The notes: generated by a model from the letters alone, not told the origin. Counted from the first letter of the stretch, positions 28,512 to 39,089 are shown. The stretch: DNA of 64,000 nt from Nitrosopumilus sp. (GCA_965205425.1 CBDBGZ010000009.1:288001-352000); one strand, 5' to 3'. Made by a program: numbers and translations.

Positions 28512-30411
28512 GCATCAAAACCTCCCGTTTGTTTGCTTTATTTTCAACAATTTTTTTGAGAGAATCATAGACTTCAGTACAAGTCATTGCTCGTCCAGTG
28601 TATTTTAATATAAAATAATCAATATCTCGCCCAGTATTTTGTTTAAATAATTTTCCAAGTTGTCCTGAATGATTTGCTTCAATGTCAATAATGGTTTTAG
28701 CATCTTTTAACAAGGAATTGATATAATCACCTGGGAAAGGTTGTAGTAATTTTAGCTGAACAAATCCAATCGACATTCCTTCTTGTTTGAGCATTTCTAA
28801 TGCATCCAAGATAGGGCCTTTTGCAGAACCCCATGAAATAATAGTATATTCTTCAACACCGAAAGATTTTGCTTGTTCATTATCAGGAATTTCTTTTAGA
28901 ATTAAATCTAAACGAGACATTCTCTTATCCATCATTTTTACACGTAAAATAGGATCTTCAGTAATGTGACCAGTTTCATCTGATTCATCACCAGTATTCC
29001 AAAATATTCCATTGTCAATTCCCAATCTAGAACGAGGAGAAATCCCATCATCTGTAAACTCAAATCTTCTATAATCATCATCTACTTTTTCTAATAGTTT
29101 ACCTCTATTGATAGAAATTTTTTGAGGATCAAATCTTTTACATGTAATTACAGAACTTGCATGGAATTTATCCATCAAGTGAATCAAAGGAACTTGAAAA
29201 ATTTCCGTATAGTTAAAACAATTACCAGTATCATAGAAGCTCTCTTCAATATCTCCAGATGCATAGACAATTTTTGGAAAATCACCATGTCCGGCATGGA
29301 CAGCAAATAACAAATCATCTTGACCGTGTCGTGTTGGGAGTCCTGTAGAAGGTCCACTTCTTTGATAATTTGTAATCACTACGGGTACTTCATTTATTCC
29401 CGCCCAGCCTAACATTTCAGTCATTAATGCAAATCCAGGACCAGAAGTACAAGTAGCCGAACGAGTTCCAGTTAATGCACCTCCAATTGTCATCCCCATA
29501 GCACAAATTTCATCTTCTGTTTGAATTACTGCTGTAGAACCAGGTCTATCATCTATAATTTCAAGAATTTCATTGGATTCTAGAAAAACAGATTCATCAG
29601 ATGCAGGAGTAATCGGATAGTAAGGTTGGAACCTACAACCACAAGCCATTTTTCCTAAAGCTGTACCTTGAAACCCCTGAACCAAAATGGTCTGAGATTC
29701 TTTTTCGGTTCCAAGTAAAGTGTGAGTGAAATTTTCAAATTTTGCAGTTGCAAAATTATAAGAATAATTTGCAGTCTGTTGATTTATTTTTGCAATTTCA
29801 GGTTTTTTTGAAAAAATTGATTCAATTGCTTTTTGTAACGAGTCAGGAGGCATCTTAACTAAACCTAAAGATAACGATACTCCAATAACATTATACATTC
29901 TAACTAATCCCCGTAAACGTGGATTTTCAGTTTCTTCAGAAAGAGTTTCTAAGATAGATTTGAAAGATATCGGAAATACTTTTACACCGTTTTCTTTTGC
30001 AATTTCTAACACACCTGCAATTGTAAAGGGTTTATTTTTTGATTCTAATTCTTTGTGTAATCTTTCTTTAAAGGGAGCATCAAGTGTACGTACAGCATCT
30101 GTTTTTGTTTCCTCTAAATCAGAATCATAAATTATTCCTCCGCCAGAAACTATTTCCTCGTAATGACGAAAAATTGTTTCAGCATCAAAAGAAGCCATAA
30201 GATTTACATCATTTACATTTGAGTTGATTTTTTTCTCAGCGACTCTTACTGTGAAATAACTATGTTCACCTTTGATGTTTGAATAAAATTCTCTCTTTCC
30301 AAAAATTTGATAACCCATTTCAGCACAAACTTGAGAGAAAATATTGGCTGCAGATTCGACCCCACTTCCTTGAGGGCCTCCAATTAGCCAAGTAAAATCA
30401 ACAGAACTCAC
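28501..30411 (-). CDS. 2-oxoacid:ferredoxin oxidoreductase alpha subunit (gamma-alpha fusion)
   Basis: [28 protein letters not shown]. Confidence 0.95.
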   Translation of the reverse strand: MSSVDFTWLIGGPQGSGVESAANIFSQVCAEMGYQIFGKREFYSNIKGEHSYFTVRVAEKKINSNVNDVNLMASFDAETIFRHYEEIVSGGGIIYDSDLEETKTDAVRTLDAPFKERLHKELESKNKPFTIAGVLEIAKENGVKVFPISFKSILETLSEETENPRLRGLVRMYNVIGVSLSLGLVKMPPDSLQKAIESIFSKKPEIAKINQQTANYSYNFATAKFENFTHTLLGTEKESQTILVQGFQGTALGKMACGCRFQPYYPITPASDESVFLESNEILEIIDDRPGSTAVIQTEDEICAMGMTIGGALTGTRSATCTSGPGFALMTEMLGWAGINEVPVVITNYQRSGPSTGLPTRHGQDDLLFAVHAGHGDFPKIVYASGDIEESFYDTGNCFNYTEIFQVPLIHLMDKFHASSVITCKRFDPQKISINRGKLLEKVDDDYRRFEFTDDGISPRSRLGIDNGIFWNTGDESDETGHITEDPILRVKMMDKRMSRLDLILKEIPDNEQAKSFGVEEYTIISWGSAKGPILDALEMLKQEGMSIGFVQLKLLQPFPGDYINSLLKDAKTIIDIEANHSGQLGKLFKQNTGRDIDYFILKYTGRAMTCTEVYDSLKKIVENKANKREVLMHGA

Positions 30412-30460
30412 AGATATTCACTCATTTCCTGAATCTTAATAGTATGATAGTTCATTTCTT

Positions 30461-30607
30461 CTAACCTCCAGTGGCTGCATCAAACAATGCACATTCACAT
30501 TTATCACGTTCACCACAATAAGGACACACACATACGCATTTTTCAATTGAATTTCCACATTCTACACAAATAGCAAATTCTTCCTCTTCTTCAACCTTAG
30601 AAGACAT
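30461..30607 (-). CDS. 48-aa Cys-rich microprotein ending in GG
   Basis: MSSKVEEEEEFAICVECGNSIEKCVCVCPYCGERDKCECALFDAATGG*. Confidence 0.7.
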   Translation of the reverse strand: MSSKVEEEEEFAICVECGNSIEKCVCVCPYCGERDKCECALFDAATGG

Positions 30608-30660
30608 CAATGAAAATACAAAGAAATCGTATAAATGGTTTGAGATGAATATCAAGACTG

Positions 30661-31629
30661 ATGAAAAAAAAAGTGTTTCTTACAAGAACTCTACATGATT
30701 TTGCATTAAAAGAATTGAAAAAAAGATATCAGATTGAAGTTCATTCTGGAAAAATACCCATACCTAAAACGAAACTACGATCAAAAATTAAGGAAGTGGA
30801 TGGACTCATCTGTTTTCCATATGACAAAATTAACAAAGAAATTATTGATTGCGCTAAAAATCTAAAATCAATTAGTACCTACAGTGTAGGCTTTGATCAT
30901 ATAGATATAGAGTATGCCAAAGAAAAGAAAATTCGGGTAGGATATACTCCAGAAGTATTAACAGATGCTACAGCAGATCTTGCATTTTCACTATTATTGG
31001 ATATTTCAAGAAGAGTATCGGAAGGCGATAGAATTATTCGAGATGGAAAGTGGAAAGAAATCTATGGAGCATTTGATTATGTTGGAGTGGATTTACAAGG
31101 TAAAACACTTGGGATTTTAGGTTTGGGTAGAATTGGCAGTACACTTGCTAAAAGAGCAAAGGCATTTGATATGAAAATAGCATATCACAACAGAAAACGT
31201 ATTTCAAAATCTAAAGAAAAATCATTAAACGCAAAATATGTGTCATTTGAACAATTAATTACAAAAAGTGATTTTATTTCAATTCATGTGCCCCATACAA
31301 AAGAAACAGACAAGTTGTTTAGCATGAAAATTTTGAAAAAGATGAAGAAAACAGCATTTTTGATTAATACATCAAGAGGAAAAGTAATCAATGAAAAAGA
31401 TCTTGTGACTGCTTTGAAGAAGAAAATTATCTCGGGTATAGGATTAGATGTCTTTGAGACAGAACCAATTAATGAAAAACACCCATTTGTTAAATTATCA
31501 AATATTGTACTTGCTCCCCACATAGGAAGTTCTACAAAAGAGACAAGAATGAAAATGGCAGAAATTACTGTGAAAAATTTAGATCTTGGAATAAAAGGCA
31601 AAAAACCAATTTACTCAGTAGGATACTGA
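30661..31629 (+). CDS. D-isomer-specific 2-hydroxyacid dehydrogenase (glyoxylate reductase-like)
   Basis: GILGLGRIG, INTSRG, GLDVFETEP, PHIGS. Confidence 0.92.
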   Translation: MKKKVFLTRTLHDFALKELKKRYQIEVHSGKIPIPKTKLRSKIKEVDGLICFPYDKINKEIIDCAKNLKSISTYSVGFDHIDIEYAKEKKIRVGYTPEVLTDATADLAFSLLLDISRRVSEGDRIIRDGKWKEIYGAFDYVGVDLQGKTLGILGLGRIGSTLAKRAKAFDMKIAYHNRKRISKSKEKSLNAKYVSFEQLITKSDFISIHVPHTKETDKLFSMKILKKMKKTAFLINTSRGKVINEKDLVTALKKKIISGIGLDVFETEPINEKHPFVKLSNIVLAPHIGSSTKETRMKMAEITVKNLDLGIKGKKPIYSVGY

Positions 31630-31697
31630 CTTTCACGCATGGTTGCCATCGCATTAATTGTGCAGTTTTTATATCTAAATCATAACATAAAATCAGA

Positions 31698-31787
31698 ATG
31701 AAGAAATTCAAACATACGAATGAAGAATTAGAATTAGCTAAACAACAATCTGAAAAAGAGAAGAAAGAAAAAGAGTCTGAAGAATAA
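31698..31787 (+). CDS. 29-aa charged microprotein
   Basis: MKKFKHTNEELELAKQQSEKEKKEKESEE*; TTTATA about 25 bp upstream; T-tract after the stop. Confidence 0.45.
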   Translation: MKKFKHTNEELELAKQQSEKEKKEKESEE

Positions 31788-31797
31788 GATTTTTTTG

Positions 31798-31826
31798 CTT
31801 GTCTTTTTCAGACAAGATTTTTTTTA
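31798..31826 (+). terminator. Hairpin plus T-tract between convergent genes
   Basis: CTTGTCT-ttttc-AGACAAG followed by a T run. Confidence 0.4.
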
Positions 31827-32195
31827 AAATTTAATTTTGGAAGTGAATTTTTCATTTAATTGATCATAGATTTTTTTTCGTTCTGGAATTAGTTGTTTTG
31901 AATCATCATACATTTTTGTAAAAAATATTGCAATGATTCTATCGCCATTTTGATCAAAAAAACGAACACTGAAACTTGTACGTTCAGGTTTTTCTTCGGC
32001 AACAAATTCTGCAGATTGTATTAATTCTGAATTAACATGAAGGTGTGCAGGACCATCATTATCACCAATAGTTATCCACTTTTCTTTTTGTCTAATACTA
32101 AGAGGGCCTCGAACCTCACTTATAGCACCATTATTTTTTACAATAAGTAAAACATCGTCAATTTTGACTAAATCAGATAATAATTCTAAAAGCAT
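31824..32195 (-). CDS. ChuX/HutX/HemS-like heme-binding protein
   Basis: VKNNGAISE, HLHV, SFSVRFFDQNG pattern. Confidence 0.7.
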   Translation of the reverse strand: MLLELLSDLVKIDDVLLIVKNNGAISEVRGPLSIRQKEKWITIGDNDGPAHLHVNSELIQSAEFVAEEKPERTSFSVRFFDQNGDRIIAIFFTKMYDDSKQLIPERKKIYDQLNEKFTSKIKF

Positions 32196-32221
32196 TGTAT
32201 AGCATTGAAATTGAAATTATT

Positions 32222-32503
32222 TCAGTTTTTTGAACGATTCATGTCAATTTGAACAAAATCATCAGTATCCCCATGAACACAATCAGTTCCTACGGCCTTT
32301 ACAGGTGAAAAACTAATTTTTCCATCGTGGATTTTTCCTTCTTTTTGTAAATGACCAATTTTTCCAGTTACAACTTGTTTGTGTCGTCCACAAGTGACTC
32401 CTACCATGTATTCATCATCTCCTGAAATAATTGATACAATAAATTCAGGTGGATTTACACATTGTTTGCCTTCTTTTGAAACAGAGCATTTGTCAGGTAA
32501 CAC
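32222..32503 (-). CDS. Hypothetical protein (Cys/His, possible metal binding)
   Basis: 93-aa ORF. Confidence 0.7.
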   Translation of the reverse strand: MLPDKCSVSKEGKQCVNPPEFIVSIISGDDEYMVGVTCGRHKQVVTGKIGHLQKEGKIHDGKISFSPVKAVGTDCVHGDTDDFVQIDMNRSKN

Positions 32504-32591
32504 AGTTTGAATTGAGAATTTATCAGATATTAATCTTGATTGTTACAGATTCAATTTATTATCAAGCAGATTTAATCATCATTGAAAGTTA

Positions 32592-33899
32592 TTGACACAT
32601 GATTTTGATGTTGTAATTATTGGTGGAGGAATTCTTGGAACTTCATTATCATATTTTCTTTCATCATTAAATGAATCAAAAAAAATTGCAGTAATAGAAC
32701 AAGCTCATAGCATAGCATTTCATACAAGTGGGAGAAATACTGGAAAAGTTCATGCACCTTATCTATACAATCCTGAAAAGAAAAAACTGTTTGCAAAATC
32801 AGCTTTTCATGGTTATGAAATGTGGGAAGAATACGCAAAATTGAAAAATTTACCGTTTAAAGAAGATGGAGTCATCGAAGTTTCACCAGATCAAAAAGGA
32901 ATCAAAGTTCTTGAAAAATATCTCAAATGGGGAAAACAAAATGGTTTGGAAGAAAAAGACATTAAATTAATGAGTAAAGAGGAAATAAAAAAAATAGAAC
33001 CTGAAATAAAATGTGAAGCTGCACTGTATGTTTATAGAGATGCATCAACAGATTATTCTATATTTACAAATTCAATTATGAATGATAGTAAAAAAACAGG
33101 TACTGATTTTCTATTAGACACCAAAGTTACTAAAATTAAAAAAGAAAATGGAAAATGGGTGATCACATTAAATGATGAACATGAAATTAACGCAAAATTT
33201 CTAATCAATGCCGCAGGAGGTGAAGCCATTGATATTGCACACGATGTAGGTGTTGCAAAAAAATTCACGGATGTACATTTTAGAGGAGAATACTGGAAGG
33301 CTCCAAAAGAATACAACAACCTTACAAAATCAAGTGTATATTCAGTACCAGAATTTCCTGATTATCCATTTTTAGATCCACATTGGATTATCAGAGTAGA
33401 TGGTAGTTGTGAAATTGGACCTAATGCAGTACCAGTGTTTAGTCCACATGGATATGATACATCAAAAAATATCAAAGAATTCATTCCAAAGATGCTTGAG
33501 ATGTTAAATTCAGGAGCAAGAAAAGCAGTATTTGATAAACAGTTTCAGGAACTTGCCATGAATGAAATTCAATCATCAATGTCAAAAACTGCAATGGTAA
33601 GCAGAGTAAAAAAATTCTTGCCAAAAATTGACACTAAAAAAATTACTGAAAGAGGTACTGCAGGAATAAGATCATCAATAATTGACGACAAAGGAAAATT
33701 TGCACCAGATGTAATTCTAATAGAGAATGAATCATCATTTCATATTTTGAATTATAACTCTCCAGGAGCTACGGGGGCCTTGCCATTTTCTGCACATATT
33801 GTAAATCATCTAAACAAGACAGGTTTGTTCAGTAATGAAGATGAGGATGCAGTTTGTGGCCCATGGAGATTTTCTGAAATCATAGAAAAACTAGAGTAA
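32592..33899 (+). CDS. FAD-dependent oxidoreductase, L-2-hydroxyglutarate oxidase-like
   Basis: IIGGGILG, TSGRNTGKVH, FRGEYW, GPNA, SPGAT. Confidence 0.85.
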   Translation: MTHDFDVVIIGGGILGTSLSYFLSSLNESKKIAVIEQAHSIAFHTSGRNTGKVHAPYLYNPEKKKLFAKSAFHGYEMWEEYAKLKNLPFKEDGVIEVSPDQKGIKVLEKYLKWGKQNGLEEKDIKLMSKEEIKKIEPEIKCEAALYVYRDASTDYSIFTNSIMNDSKKTGTDFLLDTKVTKIKKENGKWVITLNDEHEINAKFLINAAGGEAIDIAHDVGVAKKFTDVHFRGEYWKAPKEYNNLTKSSVYSVPEFPDYPFLDPHWIIRVDGSCEIGPNAVPVFSPHGYDTSKNIKEFIPKMLEMLNSGARKAVFDKQFQELAMNEIQSSMSKTAMVSRVKKFLPKIDTKKITERGTAGIRSSIIDDKGKFAPDVILIENESSFHILNYNSPGATGALPFSAHIVNHLNKTGLFSNEDEDAVCGPWRFSEIIEKLE

Positions 33900-33925
33900 G
33901 AAAATACAAGATAAACTAGACAGAA

Positions 33926-34984
33926 TTACCTAATTTTGTATCGAAGTATTGCTAGAACAGAATTATCAATGTCTAATTTTTTGATTATTTTTGGAGAAAC
34001 TGCAAATTCTATTTTCGATGAAGTATTTTTTGCAAGTTCAATCATTTTCATTATACTTTTGAATTGAGAATTAGTATGATAATTTGCAGAAACAATAAGG
34101 GTATCTACGGCTCCAATTTCAAGTGCTTTGTAGATTACATTATTTCTTTTAGCAGTTAATCCATCTTTGACTAAATTCTCATATTTTTGAATTAATTCTG
34201 TAACAAGCTTTCTTCTATGCTGATACAAATGATGAATTATTTTTTTATCAATATCTTTCATTGAAGTTGAAAAGGACAAATTTTCTACAAATCGACATTT
34301 TTTTACCAATTCTGAATTAAGTTCATCATAAAATTCTGTTTTTGCAGGACCAATTCCACCCAATAGAATTAGTGAAGAATTTGAATCCATCTCTCTGACT
34401 TTATTTGCTACTTTTTTGAAGAAAACATGAATTTTTGTTTGTCTTGCTCTAAGGAATCGCCCCTGACTCTGTCCTCCTTTCTTATGTCTACCCTGTAAGT
34501 CAATTCGAAGTTTTGCTTCTTGAATTATTTGATGTCCATGAAATTTTTGAATTCTTGCTGTTTTTTGATCTAGTGTTACTACCAAAACATGATAATTAGT
34601 TTTCAAAATATCATTGAATGGTTTGATGAAGGGTTTCTTGCTAGACATGTAGATGTAAGGAAGTTTTTTTGAAGTTCCAATCACTTTGATGTTAACTTTA
34701 CCATTTTTTATCCATCCAAAAATACACAATGTTTTTGTAAATTTTCCTACAGAAACAGGATTTTTTTTAAGTTCAGTAATTTTATTTTTGATTTTTGATT
34801 TTATTCCTTCAAGAGTTTCATTTCGTCTTGTTTCCTCTAGTAAAGATATAGTTTCAGAACCCTTACCATATGGATAATAGACAGAAATGCATTGAGAGTC
34901 AATATTTTTTATCTCATGTAGAAACTGGTTAATGGATATCCATTCAAAAGGTGGAATTTCTGAAGGTTTGATGGCATCATTCAT
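33926..34984 (-). CDS. aRF1/eRF1-family peptidyl-tRNA hydrolase paralog
   Basis: GRHKKGGQSQGRF; C-terminal GAVDTLIV...AILRY. Confidence 0.8.
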   Translation of the reverse strand: MNDAIKPSEIPPFEWISINQFLHEIKNIDSQCISVYYPYGKGSETISLLEETRRNETLEGIKSKIKNKITELKKNPVSVGKFTKTLCIFGWIKNGKVNIKVIGTSKKLPYIYMSSKKPFIKPFNDILKTNYHVLVVTLDQKTARIQKFHGHQIIQEAKLRIDLQGRHKKGGQSQGRFLRARQTKIHVFFKKVANKVREMDSNSSLILLGGIGPAKTEFYDELNSELVKKCRFVENLSFSTSMKDIDKKIIHHLYQHRRKLVTELIQKYENLVKDGLTAKRNNVIYKALEIGAVDTLIVSANYHTNSQFKSIMKMIELAKNTSSKIEFAVSPKIIKKLDIDNSVLAILRYKIR

Positions 34985-35119
34985 TGAAGATTATTTTTGA
35001 AGTTCATATAAAATTCATTTCAAAATATTTGTAGATATCTTTTCCGGAAATTATTTCACCCCTTAACTAGGAGAGCATCATTCCCATACTATCGTATGCG
35101 TGGGTATCGTGGCATACCT

Positions 35120-36028
35120 ATGGTAAAGTTAGATGAGAATAAGATCAGGTGGATTATACAATCTAAAAATGAAAAAGTCAAGAATTTAGATATTTCAGTA
35201 ATCCTCAAGATAACGCCTAGAAGAGTACAACAAGTCTACTCTCAGTACAAAAAAACCAAAAAGATTCCCACACCCAAAAGGCCAGGGCGTCCAAAAAAGC
35301 CAGTCACTGTACACGAGATAGAGCTAGTCAAACAAGTTCAAGAAAAATTTCATACAAACGCACTATACCTTGAGAAAATCATATCAAAATTGTACAATAC
35401 CAAGATAAACCACAATCGCATCCACAAGATTATGCTAGATGAAGGATTATCAGTTGAGCAACCACGGAAAAAGATGAGAAGAAAGTGGATCAGGTATGAA
35501 CGTGAATATTCAAATTCACTGTGGCATACTGACTGGCACACAATACATGATTCACGCTGGGCAGGAAAACAACTAATTGCATTTGAAGATGATGCCTCAC
35601 GATTTATCACGGGTTTCGGAGTGTATGATGAGGCAACATCTGTGAATTCTTCTGCAGTACTATCTGATGCAATAAAGAATCACGGTAGACCAGCATCCGT
35701 ACTATCTGATAATGGAAAACAGTTCACATCAAATGTCAATACTCTTGATCATAACAAGCCAGTAGACTTTGAGCAGCAACTAATGAGACATCACGTAAAG
35801 CACTCTCGTACAAGAGTGAGACATCCACAAACAAATGGTAAGCTAGAAAAGTTCTGGGATATCTTTGAGTGTAAAATAGAATACTTTGAGTCAGTGGAGC
35901 AGTTTATGCATTGGTACAATCACATTAGAGTTCATGGCGCACTAGACTTGGATAACATGGAGACACCATCTGATGCGTATCACTCCAAGATGATAACAAA
36001 CAGTAGATGGGAAAGTAACTCAATTTAG
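35120..36028 (+). CDS. IS481-family (rve) transposase, C-terminus truncated by nested IS
   Basis: HTH, LWHTDW, DDASR, SDNGKQF, PQTNGKLEKF; native tail (TNEILIDPSILWRNYS*) resumes at 37321-37371. Confidence 0.88.
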   Translation: MVKLDENKIRWIIQSKNEKVKNLDISVILKITPRRVQQVYSQYKKTKKIPTPKRPGRPKKPVTVHEIELVKQVQEKFHTNALYLEKIISKLYNTKINHNRIHKIMLDEGLSVEQPRKKMRRKWIRYEREYSNSLWHTDWHTIHDSRWAGKQLIAFEDDASRFITGFGVYDEATSVNSSAVLSDAIKNHGRPASVLSDNGKQFTSNVNTLDHNKPVDFEQQLMRHHVKHSRTRVRHPQTNGKLEKFWDIFECKIEYFESVEQFMHWYNHIRVHGALDLDNMETPSDAYHSKMITNSRWESNSI

Positions 36029-37320
36029 ATCAAAAACTATCAATTATTCAATCAATCTATTCAGATAGAAAAAGCTTGATGGAAGTATGTCACTCCATCA
36101 AATATGCATTGTACTTCATTTGATACCATGACACACCAAGGCGTGATACTATCTAAAGCATTTGAGATTATCACTAAAATAATGTACAATATCTTGTTGT
36201 TTCCATGCTCTAGTAAAAATAACTCACGGTTCCACAATGCTGATGCACACAATTCTGTCATGTCATTGTGTTTGGGAAATTCATATTCTGAATCTGGATT
36301 AAAGAGACTGGCAATGGAATCCCAGAATCATTCTCCAACTGGTTTCATGGTTGAGAAAAATTATATCAAAAATATCACAAAAAACAATGCAAATTCAATT
36401 ACATCGTTCACTGGATAGTACCATATCAAAATTACAAGAATTGGGAGTATTGGAGCAACCAGTTACTGTGGCAATTGACAAACATCTAATCCCAAGATAT
36501 GACAAATTGCCAAATCATTCTTTAATAAAATCAAAATCTAAAAACAGTACTACTCATTTTGAGAGTTACTGCACCATGCAGTGCGTTGAAAAAAGAATCA
36601 GGGCTCAATTAGGTTGTTATCCTTTGTATGACAACAAATCAAATGCCGATTTTGTGCGTAAATTACTCTCTGATGGCATCAATAATGGAATCAAGATTAA
36701 ACTATTGCTAGTGGATAGGGAGTTTTTCACAGCTGGAACAATTTCAGAAATAAAACAAAAGAATCTGAAATTTCTAATGCCTGCAAAAAAGAATTCTCGA
36801 ATCAAAGATGCAATTGTACAATACGTTAATGGAGATAGAAAGTCAATCTCGCCATACACAATAAAATCATCATCAGGACATGTAGAATCATTTACTCTAG
36901 TTATTCTGCCAAACAAAAATGCAAGAAAAAAATCAGATATTATTGATCAGTATGCTGTGTTTGCAACAAACGTTTCACCAAAAGAAATATCATATAACAT
37001 ACAAAACATTCCAACTGACTACAAGAAACGTTGGGGAATTGAAACAGGATATGCATGTGTGGGAAGGTTCAGACCAAAAACCACCAGTTCAAACCAATCC
37101 ATAAGATTGTTGTATTTTTACTATTCGTTGATTTTGTACAATGCATGGATAATTGCTAATTTGATTATCTCAGAAGAAACCAATGTACAAAATCACAAAC
37201 CAATAATATCAATTGAAATTCTCAAATATTTCTTTGTAAAGATAATTATTCATTATTTTAGAAATAACAAAAATAATTATTTTCTAGAATGTGTAACTTG
37301 AGTTACTTTCCCATCTACTG
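36001..37320 (+). mobile_element. ISH3-like (IS4 superfamily) insertion sequence, 1320 bp
   Basis: Perfect 23-bp IR CAGTAGATGGGAAAGTAACTCAA (36001-36023 / 37298-37320); 5-bp DR ACAAA at 35996-36000 and 37321-37325. Confidence 0.92.
36104..37301 (+). pseudogene. ISH3-like DDE transposase split by a 1-bp frameshift near 36341-36350
   Basis: Overlapping ORFs 36104-36418 and 36351-37301; VAID, VDREF and YKKRWGIETGY (Y-R-E) motifs. Confidence 0.8.
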
Positions 37321-37438
37321 ACAAACGAAATACTCATAGACCCAAGTATTCTATGGAGGAATTACTCATGAAAGTGACACGAAATAATTTTTGGAAAGAA
37401 CACAAAATATTTGTAGAAACTAGATTTATTAAAAAAGA

Positions 37439-37540
37439 TGGCGCCGGGAGGGAGATTTGAACTCCCGTTCCCTTGCGAGAACGCGCTTTATGGTTAAACA
37501 ATTTCCAGGCGCGCGCCCTACCAGGCTAGGCGACCCCGGC
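37439..37540 (-). tRNA. tRNA-Ser(GGA) with a 15-nt intron at the canonical 37/38 position; CCA encoded
   Basis: GCCGGGG acceptor stem, CGCGC/GCGCG anticodon stem around CT-GGA-A, long variable arm, GTTCAAATC T-loop. Confidence 0.93.
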
Positions 37541-37607
37541 ACAAGTCTTGCGACAAATGTATTCGATGAAATGTGATTATAAATTATGTTACTTGATTTA
37601 TGAGAAA

Positions 37608-38060
37608 TTACTTCCAGATTGTTATTGTTGTGGACTTTTCTACATTATTTCCTTCATTATCCATACCATTTACAGATATTTTGTAAAGACCTTCCAATGC
37701 AGTATCACCGTCATTCTTAATTTGATCCCATGAGAAACTTACTTCCTCACCAGGATCTAAACCAGAGATTATTTCTTCAGTAGAAATCCAAGAAGAGTAC
37801 ATCAAGATACCAGACAACCCAGTTATTCTAAGGCCATATGATCCATCAGAAAACGACAAGGGAACAGTTCCAGAATTTACAATTCGAATTTTTATCTCTT
37901 CACCTTTTTTAAAATCAGATTTTTCTGTAACTACTGAAACTGAAGGTCCTTCAACAAAAACTAGCTGACTGGTACTTTTAACATCAATTAGATAAACTCC
38001 AAATGCAAGTCCTGCAATCACACCAATTCCAATAAAGAGTACAATGCTTTTTGCTAACAA
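37608..38060 (-). CDS. Membrane-anchored hypothetical protein (Ig-like beta sandwich)
   Basis: N-terminal TM helix and beta-rich body. Confidence 0.7.
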   Translation of the reverse strand: MLAKSIVLFIGIGVIAGLAFGVYLIDVKSTSQLVFVEGPSVSVVTEKSDFKKGEEIKIRIVNSGTVPLSFSDGSYGLRITGLSGILMYSSWISTEEIISGLDPGEEVSFSWDQIKNDGDTALEGLYKISVNGMDNEGNNVEKSTTITIWK

Positions 38061-38087
38061 TTCTTTTTAAAATAATTTCTTTATTTT

Positions 38088-39089
38088 TTAATCCTTTGGA
38101 GGAGTGGGTTTAGTTCTCCATTTTTTTGGATATGTTTTAGGAGCCATAATGATTCTTTTTGTTTCAAATGCATACCCCTTGGTTGCATCTTTGATTTCTT
38201 CTTCGGACATTGTTGCTTCAGCTAAAGCAACTGCCTCTCCTTTTTGTGTATAAACACCAACAATATCTCCTTTTTTCAAATTTTGAGAAATCTTTAAAAT
38301 TCCAGGAATGGCAAGTTGTGCACCATGGCACATTGCATCCACTGCAGAATCACGAACAACTACTGATTTTAATTCACTTAGTGCTAATTCAACAGGTTTA
38401 ATCATTTTCATCAATTTACTATCATCTTTTTTTTCTTCCCATAATGCAAATGCATCTGCAAGTTCATGCAAAGTTACTAGTCCATCTTTTTCATGAAATT
38501 GATCAACTCGACTTCGTCTTAGTTCAACCATAGTAGCACCAGGTCCTAATATTTCTCCAATATCATAGTAAAGTTTACGAATGTAAGTTCCAGCTTCGCA
38601 GAGTATTCTTGTTAAAAGCAATCTTTCTTTTTGTTCAATCACTTCAAATTCGTATATTGTTCTTGTTCTAGTTTGTCTGAGAACGGCAGAACGTTGAGGA
38701 GGCTTTTGGAAAATTTCGCCTTGAAACATTTCTACAATTTCTTTTAGTTTTTCTTTAGATGTAAGAGAATGTACTCGTCCCAATGCATGGTATTCTTTTG
38801 GACCATAAAGTAAAACACCCAGGGCTTTTGTTGCCTCACCCAAACCCAATGGTAGAACACCAGAAACTTGTGGGTCTAATGTACCACTGTGACCAATTTT
38901 AGGAAGTTTAAGAAGACGTTTGGTCCAAGCTACAGTTTCATGACTTGTAGGGCCTGGCGGTTTGTCTAAAAGAATAATTCCATAATTTAGTAATTGTTCA
39001 ATTGTTCTTTTATCATAATATGTTCCATATGCATTATCTGTAATGTCTTGATCAATTTCTACAAGATTTTCCAATTGTTTTAAAGTCAA
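38088..39089 (-). CDS. cbf5: H/ACA pseudouridine synthase Cbf5 (TruB family, PUA domain)
   Basis: DKPPGPTSH, GHSGTLDP, CEAGTYIR. Confidence 0.95.
   Translation of the reverse strand: MTLKQLENLVEIDQDITDNAYGTYYDKRTIEQLLNYGIILLDKPPGPTSHETVAWTKRLLKLPKIGHSGTLDPQVSGVLPLGLGEATKALGVLLYGPKEYHALGRVHSLTSKEKLKEIVEMFQGEIFQKPPQRSAVLRQTRTRTIYEFEVIEQKERLLLTRILCEAGTYIRKLYYDIGEILGPGATMVELRRSRVDQFHEKDGLVTLHELADAFALWEEKKDDSKLMKMIKPVELALSELKSVVVRDSAVDAMCHGAQLAIPGILKISQNLKKGDIVGVYTQKGEAVALAEATMSEEEIKDATKGYAFETKRIIMAPKTYPKKWRTKPTPPKD

Larger units (their letters stand above)
35036..37402 (+). mobile_element. IS481-like insertion sequence (about 1042 bp once the nested IS is removed), interrupted
   Basis: 22-bp imperfect IRs (35036-35057 / 37381-37402, 17/22, right end ...ACA); 15-bp DR CAAAATATTTGTAGA at 35021-35035 and 37403-37417. 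Confidence 0.88.

Noticed and set aside
35021..37540. tRNA-targeted integrative element (att site)
   Set aside because: No duplication of the tRNA 3' end and no tyrosine recombinase; the repeats are IS target duplications
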